A DNA stretch of 64,000 bases from Saccostrea echinata (lineage: Eukaryota), in NCBI RefSeq assembly GCF_033153115.1, contig NW_026889758.1, positions 46,314,001 through 46,378,000 of the forward strand, read 5' to 3'. Both the position numbers and the translations under genes were made by a program. A model generated the notes under the pieces. That model saw only the letters and a list, made by a program, of their open reading frames with translations. It searched no databases and had not been told where the DNA came from. Within the stretch, counting starts at the first letter, position 1. Each line of letters opens with the position of its first letter. Of this stretch, positions 12,501-25,613 are shown in pieces.

Positions 12501-12799
12501 ACTTGATTTCTGACAAAACTTTCACACAGAGTATAACCTTCCCATGTTCTCAATTAGTAATATTAACACATGTTGGATTTGGTTTCAAAAGTGTGAACCT
12601 ACTGCAAGCATTTTATAGCTAGCTGTCAGATTCAATTATAGATAATGATTTTTAAAGTATTAATAGTTTTGTTAGACATTACAGTCAAGAAAACGTTATT
12701 ATGTATTTGTAAAACGTCAGAAAATAATAATGAAAGCGCTAACGTTTTAACCTGTGTTGCCTTTCTTTTTTTTAATTTTATCTATATAAAAACAGGACA

Positions 12800-13005
12800 N
12801 NNNNNNNNNNNNNNNNNNNNNNNNNNNNNNNNNNNNNNNNNNNNNNNNNNNNNNNNNNNNNNNNNNNNNNNNNNNNNNNNNNNNNNNNNNNNNNNNNNNN
12901 NNNNNNNNNNNNNNNNNNNNNNNNNNNNNNNNNNNNNNNNNNNNNNNNNNNNNNNNNNNNNNNNNNNNNNNNNNNNNNNNNNNNNNNNNNNNNNNNNNNN
13001 NNNNN
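12800..13005. other. Assembly gap
   Basis: Run of N. Confidence 1.
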
Positions 13006-13174
13006 GTACCACGATGGTATACCTCCATTGCTAGTATAGAGCTGTGCAATAGTGATGGGATATAGTTTTAAAATTATATTCCTTTTTACCTCTTGTATTT
13101 ACTTGATATTTTTCTTTTAATCAAATAAACCAAAAGCATTGATATAAAGTCATTTTGACGTTCCCTAGACTTAC

Positions 13175-13307
13175 CAGGGTGGGACAGCCCCACTACTGAT
13201 TTTGGTATATTGTTTAGTGTCCACTCGCAATCTGGATCTCCCAATTCTTGCCCATTGGTCTTACCATCGCCATCCGAATCCTTTTGACAAAGTACAGAAG
13301 TCCATGT
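13175..13307 (-). CDS. Temptin-domain gene A, exon 3
   Basis: ttcctcaag| TWTSVLCQKDSDGDGKTNGQELGDPDCEW...LSHPG |gtaagt. Downstream exons are not seen in the window. Confidence 0.9.
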
Positions 13308-13856
13308 CTTGAGGAAAAAAAGAGAGAAAAAAATGTCACCCCCTTTTTCTGATTGAGGAAAAATACATTTAAATTCAAAGAGAAACTGCCATTTTCCAGC
13401 TAAGCTGAATAGAGATTTCAAGCTTTATATCACTTAATGCGCCGAAGAAGTTGTACGAATGCCATAAAATGTCCGCAGAAGATTTATCGGTGTTTCTCTG
13501 TTCATCTACGTCTCAATATTATCATCAGATTTCATAGTCATATATTTTAATTAACGGAATTAGAAAAAAGTCACAGATCAAAACAGCTGATCGATATAAT
13601 TAATGATATTAATAGATATATGTACTGTGCATGTATTTTCATTTCTACTTTCCTTTTTCTTTTCTTTTTTTAAGATAAACTAAGAGGGTGTCATTTGCCC
13701 AAATGCTGATTACATATACAGTCCCATCAACGCTGCTTTGCTGAACAGTTTAGCGCTAATGTAGATTTCAAGATGAAATGTAAGCGAAGGCATATATTCC
13801 GTTAATATTTGATATATATGTATATTTTTGTAGGAGTTATCATATTAAACGTTTAC

Positions 13857-14046
13857 ATTTCCTTCTCTGTTGAAGTCCAGACCAAATGGATTTCGTTTGC
13901 CTCCCCCACCCTGTGCCTCGTGTCCAACACCTCCCCATGTTGTTGTCGGATCACATGGATGAGGAACATTTCGACCATTTGGAATTTTGTCGCGAAACGA
14001 ACCATAACCATCAGCAAAATTGACAACCAGCAAAACGAGAAAGGAA
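13857..14046 (-). CDS. Temptin-domain gene A, exon 2
   Basis: tttttgcag| SFLVLLVVNFADGYGSFRDKIPNGRNVPHPC...WGGVGH...GGGKRNPFGLDF...GN |gtaaac. Confidence 0.88.
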
Positions 14047-15220
14047 CTGCAAAAAGAAACGTGTTCAAGATGAAAATAGCAAAGTATTAGGTACACTGTA
14101 TTATCTTTGTCAAGATTAAAAAAAAAAATCTTCAAAAATTTCAATTTACTGCATGTACCTGGATGCGATCAGAATTTATATCTGCCCTCTTCATGGAAGA
14201 GTAATCTATAATAGGAAGGAATGCAATATAATGGGGAAATTCTTTGGGGGTCGCAATATAGTCTTCCGAAGATTTGCTGTATTGTAAATGACCTGGGGGA
14301 ATGTTTGCTTTATTGTAAGTCTTCCCCGGGGAATTTCTGCAAGGGGCAACCTTTACTCTATAATAGCGCATGGGATGGAATTAATGCGTAAGCATTGTGA
14401 GAATACCTAAATGGAAATGAATTCCTGCAGAGAGAGAATATTAAAATGGATTTCATTTGAAACATACACTTGTAAGCGTGGTCATTCACCACACCTATAT
14501 TCATTGTAGGGATGTCACATGGGTCAAACGCAGTCTATCAGTGATAAATAGTCATTAAGCATTTGCTTACTAATATCCTTGTGTGTTGCCTAATATAATA
14601 ATTATTTGACAATTTTCCCGAAAAGATCATTGAGAAATGTCTCAACATACATCAGCTGTATTTTCCTTTAGCTTGAATAAAAAATAAATGGTGCAAAATC
14701 GGTGATAATATCATCTTAAAATGCTGTAGTTTTAAAGAAAAAATTGTAAAGATTTTGATAATGTTTTGAAATATCTTTTAGATCAAATATTTTGAAGTTA
14801 AAAGGGTTTAAAGTTATGAATGAAAAATAGTGAAACAAAATTTTAATATATCGCCTCATAAAACGAAAAAAATCGATTTAGAACATATATTTTTTTTAAA
14901 CAGATTTAAATTTAAATTTAAAACACTCTTTTCTTTGCTAGTAATTTATTTTCAGATAAAATATGGTTTAAACTAAGTACACCTGTTGGAAACGATCATT
15001 TCAAGATTTTTAATTAGGATTTATTAAAATAATTCACAACATAGGAAGGTGTATACGATAATTGACAGATTCAACAAAAAAATAATCTTGTGCTTCAAAA
15101 TGCTAATGATATGAAATATGAAATATGAAATGAAATAGCAGGAAATCGAGTGGTCACCGTGGTTTCCTAGAATCTTTTGACTCAGAACCATTCATCGTAT
15201 GTATTTAGTGACAAACTTAC

Positions 15221-15261
15221 GTGAGGAGTATAAAACTACTTACCGTATATTCCACGTACAT
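15221..15261 (-). CDS. Temptin-domain gene A, predicted exon 1 (start of signal peptide)
   Basis: ATG at 15261, MYVEYTVSSFILL+AC|gtaagt. This phase-2 donor matches the next acceptor and gives a continuous hydrophobic signal peptide. Confidence 0.7.
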
Positions 15262-15319
15262 TTTAAAATTTTCTGATTCAAATGGTACATACAAGAGTAA
15301 TATCATACTCTATTTCCCT

Positions 15320-15613
15320 GTATTATTAACAACCGCCTACACCCGTACAGGTAAACTTCGGTATCTCGACATCGGATATGTCGACAACCTGGGATATGTC
15401 GACATCCTTCCGCGGTCCCGGCAGGATTTACTATATAAAAGATTTGCAAAAACTCTGATATGTCGACCTCGGTAATGTCGACAACCTGGGTTATCTCGAC
15501 GTATATTCACAGTCCCAAGAGCAAAATTTACCTGGTATATGTCGACATCGGCAATTTTCTGCTCTACTGAACCTGTTTGTCAGGTATTATTAACAACCGC
15601 CTACACCCGTACA
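15320..15613. mobile_element. Truncated MITE-like insert bracketed by a 30-bp direct repeat
   Basis: gtattattaacaaccgcctacacccgtaca at 15320-15349 and 15584-15613, with internal atgtcgac/atctcgac repeats. Confidence 0.7.
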
Positions 15614-15896
15614 TGTATTTATTTTGTGCTACCTAGTAAGGGACTGTCATCTACATCCGTATCAAATATTAAGGACATGGATTAGTACAAGTTTTGTAAC
15701 TTGTTTCCGAATTCTCGTTGTTTACTAGTAATTTTCAGTCAAAATATGGATTAAGCTACACATAGGGGCAAATAATGCAGATATCATCGACCATTTCAAG
15801 ATATTTTCATCAAAGATAAATGCTAAAGCTAGAGATCTCAATCAAGTGATCATTATGGTTAGTGAAAAACTAATGTAAGGAGTAAATTAAAACTAC

Positions 15897-16763
15897 TACC
15901 ACTTATACGAGCCTGGTCTCGGATAAGTGAGTTTATTTCAGTAACCCTTGTAATATTTATCTATTCCGGATAAGTTACGTACATTCGGATAAATATAAAT
16001 TTTCACCCTTAGTCACAAGCTATCATTCCGGATAATTTAGGTCCATTTGTATATAGTCTAATAATATTAAGTTCTTTTCTACCTCCTTTCTGGAAGAATC
16101 GATTAAACGGTAAGGTCATGGAAAATTTTTGGGAGTTAAATTGTGGCAATGTTTTAAATTTTTTAAATCAAATAAGTTGGATTTTTAGTATAACTATTGA
16201 GGTTTGTAGTTTCAAAGCAAATTAGACGTATCGATGGCGAAGTTTGACTTTGGATTTGGCCTGATTGGACTTTTTCGTAAATTGAATTGATTTTACGCGA
16301 TATTGTAATTTGTGAGACTTTACAGGTAACAGGAATATATTAAGATCAGTTTGGGGGTCAAATGATTGTGTAACTTGAGTTATTATTTTTAGGAGCGAAA
16401 TGTTAAACTTCGAGTCCATCATAGCTATAATGGGGGGGGGGGGGGGGATAATTTCATAAAACACGGAATATTCTCAGAAGCTGGGCTTACTAGAAGGATT
16501 TTAGTTTGTTTTCTACATAGATTTATCGAGCTCGAAGGAGGTATATTGATTCGCATTTTACAAAATGTAATCGTCTTTAAATCGGAGAAAGCATTCACGA
16601 GAATTTGTGCACTTTCACTTTTTTAAGTAATCAAAGTACTGTGTGTACTGAGAGGAGGTTTATTAAATTGTTTAAGTGTTATGCTCTATTTGCAGACTTG
16701 TATCATTTCATTTGTTTGTTGGTCTTTTGAAAAGGTTTGGAACAGTACTGTTTGTTATCTTTT

Positions 16764-16811
<48 letters not shown>

Positions 16812-19800
16812 AAACAAAAAGGTGTAAGGTTTTATGGATGATATTGTATGAACTGATTTTCCTATTACATAATGGGATGGGAGTTAACTTGTATATTATG
16901 TTACACAACATATGGGAGCTCATTTGGTCCACATGGTCAATTTCTGCATAAAAATCCAACTAATGAAGGCAAAATCACAGTTTATTGAAATAGGATGAAA
17001 ACATTTCTTATTAATTTTGCAAGCATTTGTCTCACAGTGAGCAGTCAAACTGCAGCAAAGCTGTGGAAAAGTATTCTTCATATGCATTAGAATAGGTAGG
17101 CAAATTTGCAGGGTTCAGACACAAGCAAGGAGCAAATTATATTGGTACAAAAGGGAGTAAGTACATAAAAAACCTTAAGTAATTGACAGTGATTACAGAT
17201 CATGTTACCATGATTATTTATTTTCAGGTACATTACCAAAAATAGGTCAACATTTTTAATTTTATTTTTTAAAGACAGCTTTATCAGTGAGTCAACAGCT
17301 GCAATGGGCACAACATTCCTTTCCATCAAAGCATGACCTTATCACTTCCCCAGTAATTCATTAGAATAGTAATTAAAGATTTGCAAAAAAGAAACAAGTA
17401 GGAAATGTTGCAGTTGTGCTAATACTAGATATAAAAGTGGAATTGGCAAATGATATAGATCCTAATCCAGCTTCAATTAATCGCAGCTATTAGATTACAT
17501 TCTAGGGAAAATTATAATTTGGTTAAGCGAGTCTTTGTGTGAAGGGTTGGGGGGCATATTTCAAATAAACTGGTAATTTTTTTAAAGGTACACTGACATT
17601 CAATTTTAAGCTAATCTGCTAAGGGATATCCAAGATATGTCCAGAAGTATGGCTTATAAAGTATACCAGTTTTTTTCCACCGCACATACCCATGGACAAA
17701 GAGTTGCAACGTACTCAAGAATTTGTTTTCTCGGATATTTTATTGTGTTTATCTATTTTATTGCGTACCTATGTCAGTGTCTAATGGGGATTTAAGCCTT
17801 GAGACTAATTTTATCATTCTGTTTATTTTTACCAAATATATGTATAATTGTGTGTAATATACAATGGTCCACGATTATACCTAAATTTCCCAGAGATAAA
17901 ACTACTCCCTTACAGATATTTTTTGAATACTCAGAACACTTAGTATCGCAATTACCTCGAATTGTATAACTTACTGCGGCTGTTTGCAATAAAGTCAAGA
18001 AACTTATAAATCTCCATTCATTTTCGGGGCATAACATGTTGTTTACATATATTGTTTACGCTAGTGACAATTGAATGATACGAACAATAAGTATGCCGAA
18101 GGTACAATGTAATGCCGATGGTTGCACTTCAGAAAGCAAGTCAAAGTATTCGGAATATTTAGACTTCCAAAATAACATTTATCAGAAAGAAAATGATTAA
18201 ACTTATTATTAGAATAGTCTACTTAGCGGGAAATATCCACAAAAAATTAACACAAGAGAGCTAGCATTTTAATTTCGTAGCGTGGTGCAACGAACATTTA
18301 GCTAGGTATTTCACCAGGGCTTCTTTCTTATATATGTCCCTTAAAAATCTGCAGTGATCGATCTCATAGTGTAGTCAATAGCTATAGCACATTGTCCTCA
18401 GCTATTAATCAACGTTTCCTACCTTCAACGCAAAAGAGTTTCATTACGTTAAGTAATAGCGATATAAAGTATTCTTCCTTTTGTTTGAAATAGGTTTAAC
18501 TACCCTTATGGCATGAGGTTATATAAAAACTAAAATTATTCGTACTTTAAAACACTTAATAGGTGATGATTAAATTAATAAGCCTTGGCAGTTATTTTTA
18601 ATTAAAACAGTTTAACGATTCGAATGTAGTTGCAAGTACTTCCATGACCAGTCATAAAACGTGTTTATCCTTTTTTCAGAGAAACTTCGAGCAGGTTTAG
18701 TCAGTATTGGATACGGCATATCATACCCATATGTTTTATTATTTGTAGAATACAAAATTTAAATCTCATTCACTACAATTGGGGAGCAACCGCTAAAGCA
18801 CATTTGCCACCAACATGCAGGGGGGTTATTTTAGCTTTGAAACGCTGGCTATAAAATGTACATGTTTAGGCATCCATTAAGTAGTTGTTACAAGGCTCAC
18901 ATATTTTTACTTTCTTTCATTTCAATGATTTATTTTTTTTTTTAATTTTACTATGGATTATAGTTGTTTGATAAATTGTGAAGAGGAAATATGATTTATG
19001 CAGCTGGGGAAATGAGAAGGGGGGGGGGGAGGGTTAAGGGCACAAATATTGTTTTTAAAAGTATTCTAAGTTGAGAGGTGACGTAAATATCTCGTTTTTG
19101 TTCAATTTGGGTCTGATACACTCCACACTTTTTAGTACAACTATAACCAATACTTGCAAAGATAGTTTAAATTTTTATAAAAGCCATAAAAATGCGTAAC
19201 AGGAGTAACAACCTAGTAGGTAAGTAATACGATAAAATAAACCAACGGGACAGGGAATAGAGTGCAGGTATGGATCCACAATTTTAGATTAAACGGGGAG
19301 TTATTTTATTCTCACAAGTCCATAATTGCATTTCAAGACATTTCTTAAAACAATTATAACGGAATAGGTGAATGACCGTTGACGATTTAAATTCATATTT
19401 TGTTTTAATGCATTGAATAGTAATTGACTGATAAGTCACTTGTTTTATAAGTTGTATTGGTGAATGAGCAGGCCCTGGTCGACGGTGACCATTTGCGTTG
19501 AGGTACTGCCGCCGTCACCATGGTTCTTGGCACCCCCATTGGTGGCGGTTGCAGTTCCATTCTTACTCGTGGTAGACACGAGTATTCATGGCCCTTGCAA
19601 GTGGCGTATTCCGTCGCACCTCAACGCAACTGGAGGAGTGCAACACATATTCTTACGCTCATTCCATTGTTTATCCTATTGCACATGTAAATTGAAATTC
19701 AGGATTTGAATTTGTGCATTGGCTTGTAATTGACAAGCAGTTGACTTGATTGATATTGAATTGATTGATTGAATGATGATTGATTGATTGAACTTGATTG

Positions 19801-21098
19801 ATTATTGATTTATTGATTGAACTTGATTTATAATTGAATTGGTGACGTTCATGCACTTGTGACCTACCCAGTGCATGATCCGCCCGATTTGGGTCGTCAC
19901 ATTTGTTGTATTGATTGTTGATTGTGGGGCAGCCCTGTGGTAGCCCCAGCAAATTGATCACCGCGGCCAGAAGCGCCAAATTAAACAAGCAAAATAATAT
20001 CAGTTGTTTGTTTGATTAATAGGGAATCTGCAATAATACCACTTATACGAGCCTGGTCTCGGATAAGTGAGTTTATTTCAGTAACCCTTGTAATATTTAT
20101 CTATTCCGGATAAGTTACGTACATTCGGATAAATATAAATTTTCACCCTTAGTCACAAGCTATCATTCCGGATAATTTAGGTCCATTTGTATATAGTCTA
20201 ATAATATTAAGTTCTTTTCTACCTCCTTTCTGGAAGAATCGATTAAACGGTAAGGTCATGGAAAATTTTTGGGAGTTAAATTGTGGCAATGTTTTAAATT
20301 TTACCCACCCACCCTCCTCTTGTTTTTAGAACAAATACTGCTGCTTTTTGTTATGTCATTGTAGCTGAAGACTGCCTGCTTCGCCCAGCTTCCACAACAG
20401 CCTATGTCGCGGTGGTGGATTATGTGTGTTCGGATATTATATGTACGTAGGGACGGCTTGCTTGATCCAGCACCTACATCAGCCTATGTGCCGATGGTGA
20501 ATTTTGTGTGTTTGCTCATTCCGTAAATACAGCCTGATTGGTCCAGCGTCCACATCAGCCTATGTCAAGGTGGTGAATTCTGTGTGTTTACGTATTCCGT
20601 GATGACTGCCTGCTTGATACAGCGTCCACTTCAACCGATGTCGCGGTGGTAATTCTGTGTGTTTGCGTATTCCGTCGCACCTCAACGCAACTGGAGGAGT
20701 GCAACACATATTCTTACGCTCATTCCATTGTTTATCCTATTGCACATGTAAATTGAAATTCAGGATTTGAATTTGTGCATTGGCTTGTAATTGACAAGCA
20801 GTTGACTTGATTGATATTGAATTGATTGATTGAATGATGATTGATTGATTGAACTTGATTGATTATTGATTTATTGATTGAACTTGATTTATAATTGAAT
20901 TGGTGACGTTCATGCACTTGTGACCTACCCAGTGCATGATCCGCCCGATTTGGGTCGTCACATTTGTTGTATTGATTGTTGATTGTGGGGCAGCCCTGTG
21001 GTAGCCCCAGCAAATTGATCACCGCGGCCAGAAGCGCCAAATTAAACAAGCAAAATAATATCAGTTGTTTGTTTGATTAATAGGGAATCTGCAATAAT
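15897..21098 (+). mobile_element. Non-coding element with split direct repeats (A1..B1-A2..B2); putative non-autonomous Ngaro/DIRS-type element
   Basis: A1 15897-16162 = A2 20037-20302; B1 19604-20037 = B2 20665-21098. No recognisable ORFs. Confidence 0.75.
20366..20672 (+). repeat. Degenerate minisatellite (~4 units of ~75 bp)
   Basis: Recurring cagcctatgtc..ggtggtgaatt.tgtgtgttt..gtattccgt. Confidence 0.75.
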
Positions 21099-21552
21099 TA
21101 TCGAATATTTCACATTTGTAAACGTTCTGTGTTTTTACCCTCCTTGGATATTCTGAATGCGTGTCAAGTGTGTCTGCTATTTACAATGGGTGGTCACGTC
21201 AAATGAAAGCCATATGATTTATAACGTTAGGGTAACATTTTGCAAGCTACGCTTACCGGAAAGTTTCACTTACTTGTAAAACTAAGATTTAATTAAGATT
21301 CTGATAAGATAGAACAGCGTAATAAAGAAAACCTGTTAAATTGTATTCCAACTGTGCACTATTTTTAAACTGACCATTCCATCCCGAGCACAAGTATAAT
21401 ACTGTCCGAGTGTGAGCGGATGCTGGTAACGAGGTCATAGGAAGATGGAATCAGTGCTAAGCACTGCTTCTCTTGTGAATTATTTTTGCATTTAATGTAT
21501 TATCACGTTAAACAGTAATTAAATTAATATAAATGAGAAATTCAACAATGTA

Positions 21553-22580
21553 CGAGGGTTGTCCAAAAAGTTCGTGGACAATGGCGTTTTGTCAAAATGA
21601 ATGATTCAAGATATACTTATTGTATACCAAAATATTAGTTATGAAAATCCAAGTCAGTATAGTTTGGTTTTGATTGTTTAAACTTAATATTTTTGGTAAA
21701 AATCGCGGTCATTAAAGGTAGCCGATAGTGTGCTTGGACCAGGGTTAAAATGCCATAAACTTTTTAATAAAGTGTTCTGATTAAAATGATTATTTTCTTT
21801 ATAAAACGAATCAAAGCTTAATAAAATTTAAATGTGTCGCAAATAAAGCGGCTTTCGTCATTTTCTGATATCTTTAGTATCGCTTTCTAAATATTAGACA
21901 TTGAGAATATTAAGCGAAAACCGCAAGAAGTATGTTTCAAAAATTGACAGAAAAAGCTACGTCGGCCATCCGCACGGAACAGAGTCCAATTATACAATTA
22001 TGTTTTAATATGGTTGAAACGACGTCAGACACAAAAAATTTATTCAAGCAACTTGAAATTATTCAAATTTCGGAGACACTACAAGAAGTGGAAAATCACT
22101 TTTATTTGATGAAAATAGGATATCCCTATTCATCACGTTGTTATAAATTTAGCGCCGTCGGACTAAGCTGTGCAACCTGTGTATATGAATTGATGACGCT
22201 CGTGAATTAGCATGTATTGTTTTGAATTTTAAAAATTAAATCAATTATGGTCTGTATATAAATATTATTGCACACACTTGGCAGTGTGGCATAATAAAGA
22301 AAATTAGCGTGTGTCCATGAACATGTGATAAAAATTCAAAATCCATATTTTTGACGTTATAATGAAATTAGCGTTACGTCAGACTGGTCCGTACGGCTTG
22401 CATATACAAAGTATTTACACCTATAATGTTCATAAAATAGTGTGCATTGTTTTATTTTTTTTTTTATACATATATTTACTAAAACATGGTCTATATTAAG
22501 ATATTATCGTACACATTTGCCACTGCGGACTTAATTATGAAAATTAAGCATTTGTCCACGAACTTTTTGGACAACCCTCG
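21553..22580. mobile_element. Non-autonomous Tc1/mariner-like element
   Basis: TA|cgagggttgtccaaaaagttcgtggacaa ... ttgtccacgaactttttggacaaccctcg|TA. Confidence 0.92.
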
Positions 22581-22839
22581 TACATGCGTATATATATGAA
22601 TACCGGTCAGAATCTGCAAAGTGACTTTATATGATGAGGCCTCAGAGAGGGTTGTGTAATCCAGATAATTTACGTATCTTTTTCAACCCAGGCGAGGCGG
22701 AGCCTAGCCGTCTTGAGATTGATCAAACCGATATATTTCTTTAGACAGTCAGTAACAAACCAAAGAAGTGATTCATTTTCTCGAGGATCATAGTTTGAAA
22801 AACATAAACTTAAGACAGGTACGTAGCAACGCTGATTTT

Positions 22840-23490
22840 CATTCCTAAGTTGATTCGATATATCCCAGTGAACTCGAAATAAAAAAACTCCATTGAGTCT
22901 GACACCTCTGTTTCATATTTAGACGTGTTGCTACAGAACAAACGTTAATGACAAACTGAACAGTAAACTTTTATGATAAACGAGATGACTTCAAATGTTC
23001 TATCGTCAACTTCCCGTATTTATTTGGCAATACATGTATACCATTACCAACTGCATATGGAATTTATGTCTCCAAATTTTATGCATAAACGCCTTCAGCG
23101 TTTATGCAAATTATCACGCAAGCCAATCTATTGATCACATCATGAAACCAAAAAAAAAATAGACAGTTATTCCTTAAGAACATATTCTACGTCCGAATAA
23201 GTTTTAAAATGAGGCAGGCTATTGACAAATTTATGAGTTGATGATACAAGAATTGTCAACAATCTCGTTGAAAGTCAACATTTCGTAAATTTTATGGTCG
23301 ACACAATGACTTTTTTTTGCAGATATAATCTGAAAAAGGAGATGCAGAGGATGGCCGGTTGACAGCGGATAATTACTCCTCCATAGCGCCCGATTTCTCC
23401 TCTGTTTTCATCCGTGATGGATCTGCTCATAATTTGTACTGTTTAGATGAACTTTGAGAATGATCACTGAACAATATCCTCACCCTTCTT
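22840..23490 (+). mobile_element. Degenerate Penelope-like RT C-terminal/3' fragment
   Basis: YPSELEIK...SYLD...YDKRDDF...IVNFPYL-like traces. Related copies at ~26760-27390 and 31765-32245. Confidence 0.6.
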
Positions 23491-23719
23491 TAAAAGACTA
23501 ACTCCAAAGCTAGTGCATTGCAGCGCAGCAACAACGTGCAGTGCAGAGTTGCACTGTTCAGTAATCTTTTTGTACTTTTTATTTTATTTTTTAATTCCCC
23601 TCCACCTCCCTCCATACTCCTCTCTTACATATAATTTTTTTTATGTCATTGGTTTCATTTTTTAAAAAACTTGAGTAATGCTACTTCTGTACTTCTCTAC
23701 TCTGGATCATATTTTTTCA

Positions 23720-25240
23720 TTATGCACAATTATTGAATTGTTTAAATCATATAAAAGAAATCGCATTATGTTTTCATAGATTTTGAGAAAGCCTTTGACT
23801 CAGTCTGGCGATTAGGTCTCCGGAATAAAATTTTATTAAATAATATAGATGGCAAATGTTTTAAAGTTATAATCAATTTGTATAAGGGTATTAAATCAAG
23901 AGTAGTAGTTAATGGAGTATATCATCAGAAATGTTTACGTGTACTGTTGGAGTAAGACAAGGTGAAAATTTATCATCATTTTTATTTGCACTGTATTTGA
24001 ATGATCTTGAAGGACTTTTGTTTGACAAAAATGTGAAAGGTCTGAAAAATCTGAGAAAATTGAAGATGAACTTAATATATATCTACGGCTTTATGTTATA
24101 GTCTATGTAGACGATACTATTCTATTATCAGAATCCCCTGAAGATCTTCAGTATGATCTTGAGATGTTCTCTGAATACTGTAAAAAATGGCACTTGAAGG
24201 TTTATAGTACTAAAACACAAATTGTTATATTTGGTAAAGGTAAAGAAATACTAATACTTCATTTAATTTTGAAGGTGTTCCATTGGAGATTGTTGAAAAT
24301 TTTTAAATATTTAGGAGTAACATTTAGTAAAAGTGGATCTTTCAATTTGAATATCAAGGAAATGTATGAAAAAGCTACAAAAGCAATGTATGGTGTTCTT
24401 AGAAAATGTGGAAAACATCATCTTTCAATCGATTGTAAACTAGATATGTTTGATAAAATAGTGAAACCAATTCTGTTATACAGCTGTGAAGTATGGGGAT
24501 TTTGTAATATCTCTCTTGTTGAAAGACTTCATCTAAAATTATGTAAACATATATTAAATCTTAGGTTTTCCACACCAGATTTTATGGTATATGGAGAACT
24601 TCGTAGATATTCTTTATCTACTCAGGTCAAAACTCGTATGATTTCTTTCAGGGCAAAACTTGTTGTATCACAAGGTACTAAAATGTAATCAAAATTATTA
24701 TATGTGTTAAAAAACTATAATACACCATGGTGTAATGCTGTTAAAAATATTTTGAATGATTGTGGACTTGCTTATGTATGGCAACAAAACTCTGTTAATA
24801 TTACATGGTTAAAGAAAAAGGTGCAAAATGTTCTTGTAGATCAATTTAAATAATTGTGGAATAGTGACTTGTATATTTCCCCAAAAAGTCTTAATTATAT
24901 ATTGTTTGAAAATCATTAACTTTTAAGAAATACTTGTTGAATTTACCTTCTAAGCTTTCTAGAAAATATTGTTTTTTTAGAACTGGAAATGCAAAGCTTC
25001 CAATTGAGACAGGAAGATGGTATAATATTGTAAGAGAAAACAGAATTTGTCACCTGTGTCCATATGAGGAAATAGGAGATGATTTTCATTATTTATTTAA
25101 ATGCACTGACCCATACATTAAGAATTCTAGGCTTAAATAATTGCCGGAGTATCCTTATGTTTTTAAGTTTGAACAATCATTTAATTCAAACAGCAAAGAT
25201 CTACTGATTAAACTGTGTAAATTTATTGGGCTTATAATAT
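23720..25240 (+). mobile_element. RTE-X-like LINE, degenerate 3' part of ORF2
   Basis: FIDFEKAFDSVW, GVRQGENLS, YVDD, FKYLGVTF, KPILLYSCEVWG, LPIETGRW...RICHLC...IGDDFHYLFKC. Confidence 0.9.
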
Positions 25241-25613
25241 AACAATGAATGTGAATTACAATCATTAATGAAAATTTCATTTGTTTAGCAAGAATAATTG
25301 AGACATTAAAATTCTTGCATTGGTAGTGCATGCCACCTTTTTATCTCTTTTAAAAACGCATGTTGCCAATTTTCCTCTGACTCCCTCAATTAACCTCTCT
25401 TACATGCAACTTTGTCTTTCATTGGTTGTATTTTTGAAAATTTTCATACTGCTACTTCTGTCACTAGAGTTCATTAACTCAAATTGTATCTCTTTGCAAA
25501 GCGTAGACACAACGGTTCCGGTTTTTTGCTTTATATCATGCAAATGCCAAATACTCAGTTACTTTTATACTATAAAAGCCTTGAGAGTTGTTAAAATGAC
25601 GCGTTAATTACAG

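Noticed and set aside
12052-12525. 157-aa ORF as a single gene
   Set aside because: Chance read-through joining antisense Penelope sequence to a LINE RT fragment.
12680-12750. Possible hammerhead downstream of the Penelope GIY-YIG fragment
   Set aside because: GAAA-gcgc is present but there is no intact CTGANGA core.
12645-13049. ORFs spanning Ns (also 54316..54504)
   Set aside because: Gap artefacts.
18093-18200. MPKVQCNADGCTS... resembling a THAP-domain start, with a possible TTAA-AGG terminus at 17582
   Set aside because: The frame closes quickly and no matching second TIR was found.
19671-21049. Duplicated 105-aa Asn/Ile/Gln-rich ORF
   Set aside because: Translation of (attg)n low-complexity sequence within the B repeats; no ATG and no domain.
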